This document shows positions 1-13,319 of a stretch of DNA of 64,000 nucleotides, piece by piece (within the stretch, counting starts at the first letter, position 1; each line of letters starts with the position of its first letter). The stretch is from contig JAAOMT010000675.1 of assembly GCA_016748015.1 (NCBI GenBank), forward strand, positions 1-64,000, written 5' to 3'. The stretch comes from Geosiphon pyriformis uo1. Taxonomy: Eukaryota; Fungi; Glomeromycota. The position numbers and the translations under genes were made by a program. The notes beneath the pieces were generated by a model that was not told where the DNA came from, searched no databases, and saw only the letters and a program-made list of their open reading frames with translations.

Positions 1-49
<49 letters not shown>

Positions 50-686
50 AGAGAGAAAAGAAAAATTAGTATCATCAATTGCCGTGATCAAGAGCGATTG
101 GTCCAAATCATTAATAAGTTTGAGGCGGTTATGCTAAGAGCATCTGTTCTAGAATGGAGATACAAGATAAGGGTTAATTCATGTAAATTCCACAAAGTTC
201 GAGAACATAAATTTGTGATTCTGATTTTTTTTAATAATTGGTTTATTTCAGGAGATGAAATAGGAAAGATAATAAAGGATAAAGAGGTATAGATATTTTA
301 ATTTCTGGTCTAGAGGTTTGTATCTATTTTTTCTTCTCTGTTTTTTCTCACTTCTACAACTACTTGCTTTTATACATTCTTTTGGTTTTACAGGATTGCT
401 TTCAATTGTTTCACTATTGCTAGCTATTGTTTTGTTGTTTCTGTTATTGCTTCGTTTTTTTACGTTATCGCTAGTTATCCTATGTTATAATACGTTATCT
501 GATGTTATTACATGTTATTCTGTGTTATTCTGCATTATAACACATTATCTTATATTATTGCATGATATTCTGTGTTATCCTGTGTTATAACACATTATCC
601 AACATTATTGCATGTTATTCTGTGTTATGTCACGTTTTGGTCATGTTTTTTCATAACTTTGGATCGGTTTTTCTACTCAGATAACA
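1..686 (-). repeat. LTR (partial, runs off window) inserted into the LINE-like ORF1
   Basis: Minus strand starts TGTTATCTGAG at 686 exactly where the ORF1-like coding sequence stops. It has ~10-bp tandem repeats at ~480-640 and a hairpin + long T tract near 1-100. A decayed homologous copy at 7352-8033 is followed by TGGT and gag. Confidence 0.7.
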
Positions 687-3600
687 ATGCCAAAGACACC
701 AATTCCACAAAACTTAATTTCTTTATAATATCAGAGACCTGATCTATCAAAAGCTCCAAAGAGCGTTCTAGAGAAGCCAACTAATCAACCAAATAGGAAT
801 TACCAAAAGAATTAGAGTCTATTGGTGCAGGCTTTGTGTCCAAAGATAAACTAGAACCTAAAAAATCTGATGAAATCACATAAGAGAAAGAACCACCAGC
901 AATCTGGGCCCAAGTTTTCCCACCAAAAGAAACTGGATGAGCAATTGGCATCTGCTTCTTTCTATATATGTTGGCTAAACGAACCCAATCCTGAGAAATG
1001 ACCACCCACTTACCATGAACACCAGAATTCCCACCCAATAAGCACACTGTAGAAATATGACCAAACTGTTTACAATGAGCACAACAGGCCAAAAAAAGAC
1101 CAGCCCAGCACAAATTCACACTCTTAAACACTGGAACAGAACTAATAGCAGCCAATTTAGACACCTTATCAACAAAACACACAATTGCATATTTATTACA
1201 CACATAAGAGCTAGAATTACAGCCAATAAAACAAGTTTTCCCACCATATGACTTCAACAAGTCTGAAAAATCATGAGCCATTATACCAACTGGAAGAGTA
1301 TAAAGCAAAGCTCAATGTTGATCTTTGGATACTCATGTTGTTACTGGAAGATTTTCACACTTTTCAATGCAAAAATTACAACACATACAATGAAAATTAA
1401 CATCAAAATCATGTGAAAAAGGCCTATATCATTGCACTTAATCAACAAAATCAGCTGGCAATCTGGAAATAAATGATCAGCAATTAATCTAATTACAACA
1501 AAAAAATATGACACAATCCAACAGTTTAACTAAGTTGGATATAAAAAAATCTTGGCAAACTAAGAAACACCAATAGAAATGAATGATTAATGCATGTAAT
1601 CAGATAACAACAGGTTTTGTTATGCTCCAAAATTTTCATATGCCCTTATTAAAACAATCTAACATTTCAGATCTGCAATCAATGGTTAAAAGTAGTTACC
1701 AAGAAATGTAATCAATTGATCTACTTCTGATTACATTGATCATAATCACAATTGGTATCATTGATTGACAATTAATGTTCTAGATCCAGCCATCTAAATC
1801 TGATCATCTAAAAATTACTAGCTCTGAAAAAATAACATGCCGAGTAAGCTCATCATAAATTGATTAATTAAATGTAGATAAATAATTGATGTATTTTAAA
1901 TAGTTCTAATATAGTATGTAGATCTGATGTAATTTAGCTATATATACAGCCCTTTTGTCAGCTCAGGAAAGTATCAGTTCAATACTGAGCCAACTCTTCA
2001 CTATAGTTTTATAGTGAGCAGTTAGTCCTCTTCTCTACTCTTTACATTCTCTCTTCACTTTCTATGCTTTAAATACTTGTCATCACAATCTTAAGTATGT
2101 TTTCCCATATTCCTTATTACCATTTGGAATCACGTTGTTTATAATCTTTTACTTACTTGTTATCACCATTTCAAATTGTTTTATTACTTCTAATCTTTCA
2201 AATCATGTGTTATCACCATTTCACATTAAGTTTTGTTTCACCAAACAAGTTGTTAAATATAAAAATAAGTAATAAAGTATCACATTGTTAGAGAGTGGTC
2301 TCAACAATAAAAAGTTTAAGCAAAATCTATTTCAATTATGTTTAACTTTCATAATTTCTTTTATAATTTCTATAACTTCATTTTCAAAGCGGGCATTTGA
2401 ACACCACATCCTTTTAATGACTAATTGAAAGAATTCTGGTTACGTATTTATTTAAGTAGTTGGTTTCACTTCTTGTTGCTGGTTGTGCTTCTAATACATA
2501 TAAAAAGATGTGATTTCTCTTTTCTCTTTAAAATACCTAAGACTGGTTCTTGCCCAAAAACAAATAATAATGACAATACTTTCTTTTACTTTTAATGACC
2601 TTATTACGTACCTCTTTCTGCTTTTCCATTCACTGAAATAGTCCATATACCCATGATATGCTATAGTTAGTAGCATAATCATGGTAATGTGTGTGTTCCA
2701 GGTGAAAGCTATTGTCATTGCTAAGAAGTTACAAAACCATAGCTTTTACCTGGTAACAATATATGTTTATTATCAATAGCTTTTACCACATGAACAGAAT
2801 TCTTTCCCATGACAACAGACCATCTAGCTGCAACCAAATCAGCTACTTTAGACAACTCAAACTTCACTAAAGCTTTTTGTCACAAACTGATCAATTGCAT
2901 CTTGATTGATACAATTTTTCCAAATTTAGAAAAAACAGATTCTACGGCCAATTTAGGAAGATCGACCAGAATCTCCTTAACAACAAATACCTGATCCGAA
3001 TGTTTGTTTATCTGTCTAACATCAACATTTACCACAATTTTCTCATGAACTGCCAATTCCCTAGCCTTTTTTAGACTCAATTCAAATGTAAAAAAAGATC
3101 TGATGATCCCAGGAAATTTTAAGGGAGTCAATGCCCCCCCAAAACCATTAATTTGATAGAAAATTTTTTTTATTGCCATCAATTTATTACTATTAGTCTT
3201 TCCAGGTACAGCTGACAATTCAACATTAAGCATGAAAAATTTGGCTGCCCTGAAATCACATTTATCTAAGACATGTAATTCAGCAGCCAGCAAATGCTTA
3301 GCACCAGAAAATTTAGAAACTAGAAGTATCAAAACATTATTGTCACCATCACTTAAATTGTTGAAAGAAATCTTGCTTGGCTTACTACCTAAAACATATG
3401 TCCTAGTACATGTCTTCTTGGGAGTAGCATCGTTCATCTTATCATCAACTTCCAAAGCATTTGAATTAGCATAACTTGTTTTTTCTACAATCATATCTTT
3501 TATGTTTTTCAGGTCTGAAATACCACTAATACTGCTCACTTCACTGTTTACTTTGCTGCTCCACAATTTCACAGGCTTGTTACCATCAGTAAGTATATCC

Positions 3601-3785
3601 ATGAGAACCAGAAAGCTGGCAGACGTCTCGACAACACCACCAATAACAGCAGGCTTCTTGGGTTTTTTATAAGATGCACTTCATAAATGAACACTCACCT
3701 GACACTTGGTTTTGACACCTGACCAGATTCTCAATCCAGCCAAAATAGACACCGACTCACCAGCAAAAAAGTCTACTGAACTCAT
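687..3785 (-). pseudogene. LINE-like (non-LTR) retrotransposon ORF1, RRM-like + CCHC knuckle, split by a solo LTR
   Basis: ORFs 2880-3602 and 781-1308 rejoin in frame (...KAIDNKH-T-[W>stop]-VSKDQH*ALLYTLPVG...) once 1339-2758 plus one TSD is removed. Knuckle CAHCKQFGHISTVC. Probable ATG at 3785. Stops are TGG>TGA or CGA>TGA type. Confidence 0.75.
1339..2758. mobile_element. Solo LTR (~1.42 kb)
   Basis: Termini TGTTACTGG...CTGGTAACA (inferred ancestral TGTTACCGG/CCGGTAACA). Flanks ATGT/ATAT form a 4-bp TSD with one G>A change. Excision restores the host reading frame. Confidence 0.85.
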
Positions 3786-4439
3786 ATTTATGAACAAAGG
3801 TATGTTGGAAGAAATAACTGTGAAACTTATAGGGATAAGAGAGAAAGAAAAATTTACTTTTTCAAAAAAATCAAGCTCTCATTGTAATCAGAAGATCAAC
3901 AAAAGAAAAAATTTTTTGGTTTTTTTTTATTCATCTGTATTTGTATATTTTAATTTGTGATTTTTTAATTTAAGTCTCTTTTACAAAATTTATTATTTGA
4001 AAAAACATAATATTTTTTCTAATATAATATTTAAAAAATATTTAATTATAAATTATTTATATAAATATAATAAATATAATATGTATAATATATACATAAA
4101 AAAATAATACAAAATAATACAATTTTAAATTTACAAATTTTACTTAAAAAAAACTAAATATATATAGAAAACTAGTTATAATTGTTTATTTTAAAAAGTT
4201 ATAAATAAGTATAATATAGTTATAAAATTTAAATTTAAACAATTTTATAAATAGATAAAAAACAATATAAATTATTATTTACAAATTTATATATTAAATA
4301 TTAAATATTAATATAAAACCAAAATATTTATAAAATAATAATTAACTTAATAGTTTTATAAATTAACAATATATATATAAAAAAACTTTTTTTTTTATAT
4401 TTCAAATTTCTAAAAAAGCAATAATTTTAAAAAAAGTTT

Positions 4440-5900
4440 TTTTCTGTTTTTATTTATTTTTGCTATTCAGTTTAATATCTTAAAATCTTTTTTGTTCAAA
4501 TACAAAACTGTTAATATTGATAGTAGTTTAAAGATAAAAAAATTCAAAAAAAATCTGGTGCTGGTTTTATGATTTTAAAATTGACTATTATTAAAAAACA
4601 TAAAAGAAGTGTTTTAAAGAAACTTGTTATTAAAGTTAATATTAGTGTTTCTTAAAAATTATTTAAGATTAAAAAAGTAAACAGTTCAACTATTAACAAT
4701 ATTACTAATACAGAGAATATAAATATAAAAGAAGAATTTTTTGTTAAGAAGACTAGCTTTCAGCTTAATAGTAATAATAAATTAGAACATAAAAATATTA
4801 ATATAATTTCTAAAAAGCCAAGTAAAATTGTTATTAAGCATATTTTTAAGAAGCTTTTTAAGCATATTAACTTTAATATTAATAGTAATAATAAAAGTAA
4901 TATTTTAAATAAATTTTTTTATCTTTTTTTTTTATCTTTTAAGCTTTTGGTAAATATTTTGGTTTATAAATCTTTTATTTTGGATATTAATCTTTTTACT
5001 GTATCTAAAAAATTGGCTTAAGATAAATTAAAAATTATTAAAAATATGTTTTTTAATATAAATAATTTTGAAAAAGAGTCTTTATTTTTTTAAAATTTGG
5101 CAAAATTATTTGGATATTTTTTATTTCTAAAAAAACAATATTAACTGCAGTAAATTTAGCAAATAATTAAAATATTATAGTAAATACCAATTTCAAAAAA
5201 CTGGTAAATAATTGTACAAATTAAGAAATTATAATAAAAAAAATTTCTATAAAAACATTTATTAAAGCTATACAAACTATACTTACTAACTATAATAATA
5301 TTAAGTTGATCAAAATACAATTAATAGAACTATAACAAAAGACAATTATATAATTAAATAAACAAAATTAGACTGATATTTTGACATATAAGTGGTTTAT
5401 CTTTATTAAAAAAATACAGTTTACATAATCAAAGCAAATATTAATAAATAATTATAAAATTTCAAAGATAAATTTAAGACTTTGTTTTATATACTTCTTA
5501 TAAAAACAAATACTCACAATTTTTGGAAATTTATTGATTTAATTAATAATTATACTTGTATTAAATATGTTATAGTGTGTTTTAATTTAAAAAAAATTTA
5601 ATTAAAGCAGTAGCTATAGCTTTTATTGTAAAAAAATATTATTTTTTATTGATTTGTTTGTTTTTAACTGTTTGTTTAGTTTGGAATAAGTTTAATTATA
5701 CTTTTCTTGAATACAATTTAGTTAATAGTAATTTAATGTCCAAAAAAAAAGACTCTTTTTTTGGCTTTAGATTAATTTAAATTGGCCCAAATCTATACAA
5801 AAAAGTTTGTTTCTATCATTTATTTAATAGTTTTTAGTAATAAATTTTGAGGATTATTATAAATAATTTTTTTTATAGGTATTAGTAATTTTTGTAACTT
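4440..5900 (+). pseudogene. Heavily decayed LINE-like ORF1, head-to-head with the 687-3785 copy
   Basis: Residual translation (e.g. KLIKIQLIEL*QKT, KFKTLFYILLIKTNTHNFWKFI) parallels the KIVSIKMQLISL and ALLYTLPVG blocks of the neighbouring ORF1. Very AT-shifted, no open frame. Confidence 0.55.
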
Positions 5901-7351
5901 AATATTTGAAAAAGTTAAAATATATTCTAAAGATTTTGTATTGAAGTTTTTTGTATAATAAACAGATAATAATTAATAATTTTTTTAGCATAATAACCAA
6001 TTTATCTTAATGATTACACTTTTCTAATAAGCAATTTTAGTTTTTTAACTATATTTATACTTTTTTCTAATATTTTTTACCAAACAATTTTTGATGTTAT
6101 AATTTTAGCACTTTTCTATATTTAGTTAATAATTCAAGTAAATACAGTTAATAAAATAAAATAATAATACTTAATATTTTATGAATAATTATAATCAAAA
6201 ACTATTGTTTTAATTTTTGTTTAAGAAGCTGTTATGAATTTAAATAATATTAATATAATTATAATGTTATTTTTAATTTCAATAACTTTGAACTTATTAA
6301 ATAATAAGTAAAATAAAAGTTTATTAATAAGTTAATTATTTTGTATTTTATTAATAAAAATTAAAGTAATTAGATTAATTTCAAAAATAAGTTTGTTTCT
6401 TTTTTTTTTAACTTATTAACTAATATATATACATAAATTTTTATAATACAGAATTTTTAAAATTTTTACAATTTCTTTAAATTATTGTTGAAATTTCTAA
6501 TATTTCTGAAATTTTTGATATTTTTGTTAGTATTCTTGCAATTTTTAGAATTTTTAGAATTTTTATTGATATTCCTAAAATTTCTAATAATATATATTTT
6601 AATAATTTTTTATTTTATTATTGGCTATTTTATACTATTATTTTTTATAAATAATATTATTTTATCTTTTTTAATATTAAGTTTTTGCAAAATTTTCTAA
6701 GTTTTTTTTAAATAAATTTATATACTTCTTTTATTATTATAATAGGACTACTTTTTTTGATATTGTAGTTAATATTTGTGTAATTAAGTTAAATTACAGA
6801 TTTTCTGCAATAAATGAAAATTTTTTCTTAATATATTTATAGATTATAAAATAGATATTTGCAAATATAGTCACAAAGTTATATAATTAATGATAACTAA
6901 AATGTTTTTAATAATTCTGTAAAAATTAGTTTTTGTAGTTTTTATGTTAATTGGTTTGTTTATATCATATCAAATTCTTTTGTTAACATAAAAATTAAAT
7001 ATAAATTCAGTTAAAAAATAATAAAAATTTAATCATAAATTTTTTTAAATATATTTATATAGTAATTTTGTGAATTTTAGATAATTGGTTTTTATATATT
7101 TTAATTCTGCTGCTTTTATTAATTGTTGTCTAACTAATGTTTTGTTTTTTGTAAATTATATCTTACAAAAAGCACCAAATATTACAAGTAAATTTTTTTT
7201 GTAAGTGTTAATAATTTTTGTAACTTGATACTTAGAGAGATTAAAATGTATTCTGAAAGTTTTCTAAAAATTTTGTGTTGGAGTTTTTTGTATAATAAAT
7301 AAATATTTACTTAATAGCAGTTAATAATAATTTTAATAATTTTTTTGGTAT
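5900..7351 (-). mobile_element. Decayed Gypsy internal (pre-gag/gag N-terminal) fragments
   Basis: Reverse complement resembles the 8400-8950 region of the adjacent element (low-complexity repeat block at 6460-6590). Internal duplication 5925-5990 vs 7260-7350. Confidence 0.4.
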
Positions 7352-9520
7352 TATTATTTAAATAAAAAAGTAATTAAAAAAACATAAGAATTATATAATA
7401 ATATAAAAAAATATAATAATACAAAATAATACAAAATAATATAAAATAATACAGAATAATATAAAATTGCTTAGAATAATACAAAATAATACAAAATAAT
7501 TAGTAATAATATAAAATAACTAGTAATAACATAGAATAATTAATTATAATATAAAAAACAAAACAATAGTTAAAATAACAAATAATAGCTAACAATAATA
7601 AGCAATTAAAAACAATCTTGTAAAATTAAAAAATATGTATAAAAACAAGTAGTTTTAACAAATAAAAAAAATTAGAACAGAATTAACTTAAAAATATTTT
7701 ATATTACTCTTAGGCTTAAAATTTTTTATCTTTTACATTCTAAATTTACCAAATAAAATATTATAGTTTAAATTCACAAATTCATAATTTTTATACTTTA
7801 ATTGTTAAAATTTAATTAATTGTTTTTATTTATCTTTGTTTTAAACCAAAAATTATTAGCATAAATACTTTTGGAAATCTTATTAATTTAGATTAATTGT
7901 TCTTAATTATAGTGATTAATAGAATACTAATTATTATTATTATTTTATTTTATTATTTTATTTTTTATTTTTTTATTTTTTTTATAAAACAGTAATATTT
8001 AAAATTAACTGTTTAAAAATAGACTTTATAATAGTTTGGTAAAAAAAAAAGTTTTTTCTAAGTTTGAATATTAATTTTATCATATTAACTTATTAAAAAA
8101 ATAAAAAAACTTAATAAGTAAAACTTTAAACAAAAAAACCTTCAAAGACTAATTATTACTGTCAATATATAAACAATTCCAGTTGAAAATTAATCTACTT
8201 CCAATATTAAATTCATAAATATCAAACATTATAATTATATTCTGTTAAGTTTACTTATAATATTTAGTACTCTTTATAAGATTATAAATTTATAAAAACA
8301 GAGCATTCAGAAAACTCACAAAATAATAACTATTAAAACAATTAAAAAAAATTATATACTATTTAAAAGAATATTATATCAACACTTTTAAAAAGATTTA
8401 AGAATTTTAAAAAAATATTTATAGCCAAAAGTAATTTTTTTATTATATATATATTAAGATTAATTATTATTTAGGCAGAATAGTAAATACTAAAAAACTT
8501 GAAAAGTAAATTCATCAAAATTTATTATTATATTTAATCTTAACTATTAAAAAAACAATTATAAAAACTCTTTTTTTTATTGACAAAAAATTAAAAATAT
8601 ATATATAAATATATCATTTACAACTTAAAAAAAACCACAACACTAAAATTTTTTCTAAAAAATCCAAGTTAAACATAAAAAACAATAGCTAATAATAGTT
8701 TAAACAAGAAAAACTACAAATTATTATTAACAAAAAGTCAATATTATTATTACTAACAATATTGTCATATTATTAAATACTCAAAAATAAAATACTACTT
8801 AATTAGTTTATTAAATTACAGCCTAAAACTCCAAAAACTTCAAAAACTTCTAAAAATCTTTATTTTTAAAACTTTAACAAAAATCTTTGAACTAAATTAT
8901 TAAAAAAATACAGAATTTTATTCGAAAATCTTATTTCTATAATAAATATTATTTTTTAAAATACTACTACTTAAAAACAACAAATAATATAATTACTAAT
9001 TAAATCAACAACTACTCTTTTAAAAAAAATAATACTGTTTCAATTTATTAAAACAAACAATAAAAAAAACAATTAGCATTAAGTTTAATTAAACAATTAG
9101 ACATATTTCTACCAATCTTATTTTTGTTAGCAAATAACCAACTCTTTATTATTATTATTATTATTATGACTTACAAAAATATTGCCAAATTGAAAAAATT
9201 TTCTGGTAAAAAAAAATGCTTGTATTTAAATTGTAGAGACTGAAAAAACAATTATGACAAATAATTAAAATAACACTAAAACAATATAAGTTTTATCTTT
9301 TTTTTGATCAAAATAGCAAATTCATAATACTAAAGTCTTAATAAAAAACTGATTAATTTTGCCATTTTTAAACTTGTCTTTTTATATTATTTTTGTAATT
9401 TTAATATCCTAATTTGACTACAAAATCAATTTAATATTATAAAACAAAAAAATTATAAAGCTGTAACTACTTATTTTAGAATTTCAAATTCTTTAACTAT
9501 ACTTAAGACCATTATTAATG
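7352..9520 (+). mobile_element. Decayed Ty3/Gypsy 5' half: LTR 7352-8033, PBS-like TGGT 8037-8040, gag remnant ~9150-9520
   Basis: LTR is homologous to 1-686. Gag-like residual translation IAKLKKFSG...NS*Y*SL...KLVFLYYF...QNQFNIIKQ. Confidence 0.6.
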
Positions 9521-9529
9521 TTTTATGTC

Positions 9530-9900
9530 TTGTAATACAGAAGAAACAAATATATAGTAAAGTGTAAAAATTCACACTACAGGCTGTTTAGCTTGCTATT
9601 AAACATAATAATTATAGTAAAATAATAATATGGTTAAGACAATTTATTGACTAACATAAAAAAGTAATGCTTATACTTCAAAATTAAGACCAAATTCTAA
9701 AGAACAATCAAGCTGATAATTCCAATAAAAAAATAAGCTTGAGCAAATTGAAAATCTATTAATATCATAATGTAAAGAATGCCCAAAAACTAAATATTAT
9801 AAATTTGCTATTAAAAAAAAAGGAAAACCATACACAAAATACATTTGTAATAAATGTGATCTTTTAAGACACAATAGTACAAGATGTTAAAATTAGATAA
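9530..9900 (+). mobile_element. Possible MULE/FAR1-like transposase C-terminal remnant
   Basis: Residual ...QAV*LAIKH...IEN...K(G)RPK-like...CNKCDLLRHNSTRC* ending, typical of MULE transposase tails. Strongly decayed. Confidence 0.4.
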
Positions 9901-10606
9901 GATTTTAGTTAATTTTTTTGTTTATTTTTTACTTTGTAATAATTAAACATTGTATTTATTTCTACTAAAATTAATAATCTAACTTTAATTGTCCAATAAA
10001 AATAAATAATACATATTATTATTACATATTATTTTTTTAAAATTTAATAAAATTTTTGATCCTAATTGAAACTATTTTCGAGATTGTTTTATATAACAGA
10101 TTGTTACAACTAGATTTATCTTTATATTACAAACTATTTATAATTGTTTATAAGTATTTATATAATAAATATTATCATATCTGTTTTATGAAAATATTAA
10201 GTTTTTAAATCATGTTTTTTCTTGTAAATCAGATAATAAGTCTCACAAAAAACTGCTAAATACACAAGTAGCTATTTGAAAAGCATTTTTTGGTTTGTTC
10301 AAGTTATTTTATGTATTTTATTATTGTTTTTTTTGTGTTTTTCTAATATTTTAATATACTTAGTTTTATATAAAAAATTTGTTTTTAAGAACTGGTTTTA
10401 GAATTTTTTTTTGGTTTTCAAAAATATTAAAATTGTTAATAAAAAAATTGTAAACTTTGTATATGGTTTTAATTTGGTTCATAAAAATAATATTGGACTT
10501 ATTTGTTTTAAGTATTAAATTTTTATAAAAAAAATAGTCTTATTTTATACAATAAATTTATTTTTATGATTGTTACTAATTTGTTATTTGTGTTATTAAA
10601 TAGTAT

Positions 10607-11272
10607 TGTTATGAGTTGGAGTAACAAGCTAACAGATAGCAAGGGAGAACAGGATTGTAGGATGATAAAAATAATTAAAGGGAATTCAATTTTAAAGAGC
10701 AAATTGAATGAGTATGGATTCAATGTGTGAGATCAGTCTCATAAAATATTTCAGTTACTATACTTTTCAAGATAACTGAAGAATTTGAAGGCAGAGAGAT
10801 AGTTCATACTGTTAACAAATGATCACACCTGGTATAATTCTATGCCTTACGTCAGCACTCTTAGAATTCAATATCAGGTATCAAATGTGCTTTTCAGTCA
10901 CATTTTATTCAATAATCTTCAAATACTGCAATTACACATTTCAGGAAAAGGGTAAAAAATAACCAACAAGTAATCTTTTATCTTTAAGATGTTTAGATAC
11001 TTAAAAGTAGAGAAAAAGAAATTAGCGATAAAAAAAGGATTGAGATAAAGTTGTTATTTTATTTCTTTTATTTCTTTTGATTCTTACATGCTTTTCTACA
11101 GCTAAGAGATTCATCACTTATATAGCTGTCAAAAGTGATCAATGATCAGGTCAATGACTAAGTCAATAATCAAGTCAATGATTACTTACTAAAAATAGAG
11201 TGGCTAATTTATGTGACATCAATGGCTAATACATGTGATAATTAATAAGAAATATAAGTTTCAATTATAACA
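10607..11272 (-). repeat. 3' LTR
   Basis: Direct repeat of 17594-18286. Confidence 0.95.
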
Positions 11273-11284
11273 TTATTCTCTCCA

Positions 11285-11945
11285 AAAAAATTGAGCTCTG
11301 GTGAAATCAAGCTATTTATGGGGTAATCTATTTGAAGGGTTTTATCTAACTCAAAGCTAACTAGTTTGTTGAAATCTTTTGTGGATAAGGTATATAATAC
11401 TTAAGGCGAAATAAGTTTTGTATTCAAGAAACCAAATCTTTGTATTAGAGTTTTGGTTCTTTTAGCAATAGTTAAAACTTTTGAGACATCTAACCATATA
11501 ATGCCCAAAATTTCTGCTTGTATCTCTGAAGTTGTTTTCTTCATGAGTTTCATATCTTCTATGATTTCACCAAGGTAACCATAGAGTTCTAATTGTCTTC
11601 TATATGACAAGTTTTTGTCTATAGGTAAGATTTCTTGAAGTGGTTTTCCAATTATGTTGGAAAGTAGAAGTATAGCTGCTGTTATACTTTTCAATAGATA
11701 TTTATCCATTTTATTACCAATTCTTTCTCTTCTGGTAATAGTTTTCTTTGGTCTAATAACAGTATGTGTTCTATTATTATTAGTTATGGTGGTTTGTTTT
11801 CCAATAGTCAAAGTAGCATTTGGATAGTTTTTGATCCAATACTCATGGAGAGTATAGAAAACATTTTGAATGTTTTGATTCAAAAAATAATTGTTTATAT
11901 TGATTGAAGATATCTCTGTTTTGGGAATGGTGCATTTATTTATAC
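11285..11945 (-). pseudogene. Accessory ORF3 of the Gypsy element (unknown helical protein, not env-like)
   Basis: ORF 11401-11883 extends in frame on both sides. It lies between the integrase stop and the PPT, in a different frame from integrase. Confidence 0.65.
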
Positions 11946-13256
11946 TTGATTTTTGCTAATCATTTGAGTCGGTATTACCACAACAGGCAGCCAATCAGGT
12001 TATTTATGATATTTCTTAAGTCATGTATCATAAACAGAATAATCATTAAAGATTGTTTCAGATTGATCTTGAAGAATATAAGAATTATTGTTCAAAACTT
12101 TGTTGATTATAAAGGGTCCTTTCTACTGGCTAGAAAATTTATCACCATAAACATTGTCTCTATCTGAATGGTATTCCAATACCAAGTCACCAACACTTAA
12201 AGAAAGTGTTTTATAGGTTTTCTTTTTCTTAAGCTTTTTTTGGAACTGTTTTATCTTTTCAAAAGCAATTATTTGTGCTTCTATCAAGGAGTCAAAAATG
12301 GTACCAAGTCTTCTTTGCAAAATGTCTTTGTAATTTCCTATTATGATCTCTTTAAAGGGTATTGTTTCAATGTCAGTTTCTATTGGTAGTGTTGCTATGT
12401 GTCTATAGAGCAGATAAAAAAGTTCATAACTTGTTATGTTATGATTTACAGTTCTATAAGCAAACAAAGCTGAAAACAGTACTTTGTCTCATAAGTTTGT
12501 TTTTTCACTGGTTTTAGCTAGGGTTTCACATAGTGTTCTATTGAAACATTTCACTAGACTATTTGTTTGAGAGTAATAAAGAGAGAAAAGTTTATGACAT
12601 ATTCCTATTTTTCTACAAAGTTCTTCAACCAGTGTACTGAGAAAAGCTTTTTCTCTATCAGATAAAAGTTCTTTGGGGCAGTCATGATGGCAGATGATAA
12701 CTTGATAAATAAAATTGGCTATTGAGATTGCTGTTTGGTCTGAGGTGGCTCTTGTTTCTACCCACTTTGTAAGATAGTCAATAGCTGTGATAATATATCT
12801 GTTGCTATCAGGAGTGATTGTTAAAGATTCAACAATATCTATATTAATTTTGTTAAAGGATTGACCAATAGAGATTGGATAGATATTTTCTTTGTGATTG
12901 GGTTTGCCTCTTCTTTGGCAGATATCACAGGTTTTAATGTATTTAGTAATGTTTTTTCCCAAAGTAGGCCAATAATAATGAGCTAAAGTTTTTTGAATTG
13001 TTTTTGTTTTTCCAAAGTGTCTAGCTAATGGGTTAGTGTACATGTTATATATTACAATTTTTCTTTTTTCAAATCTAATAACTCTTTGGGAGTGGTTAAA
13101 ATCTTTTCTGTTTTTTTTGTATAATTGGTTCTGGCAGATTAAATAAAAATTTGATTGTTTGTGCAAATGTTTTCTTTGCTGTCGAGTGTATTCAGGTGGG
13201 TATTGTCCTTTACCCAAAAATTCCATTAAGGCAGAGTAGTTGTCCAAGTCTATTAT
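11940..13256 (-). pseudogene. Gypsy integrase
   Basis: HHCC zinc finger (ARHFG...CDICQRR), rve core (INIDIV..LLSD..VKCFNRTL), GPF-type C-terminus. Confidence 0.9.
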
Positions 13257-13319
13257 CGTGTTTGTTTATGAAGAAGTTACTAATAATTAAGTTGGTTTGG
13301 TTTGAGAAATTGTACTGTC

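Noticed and set aside
1-60. Poly(A) as a LINE tail or telomere
   Set aside because: The same tract sits next to the same motif inside LTRs at ~7930 and ~58090, so it is LTR-internal.
318-590. Hydrophobic 90-aa ORF (also 6485-6700 and 59290-59496)
   Set aside because: By-products of T-rich or tandem-repeat TE sequence.
2880-2882. In-frame TGA codons as selenocysteine or readthrough
   Set aside because: They occur only in TEs at Trp/Arg positions, consistent with G>A and C>T decay.
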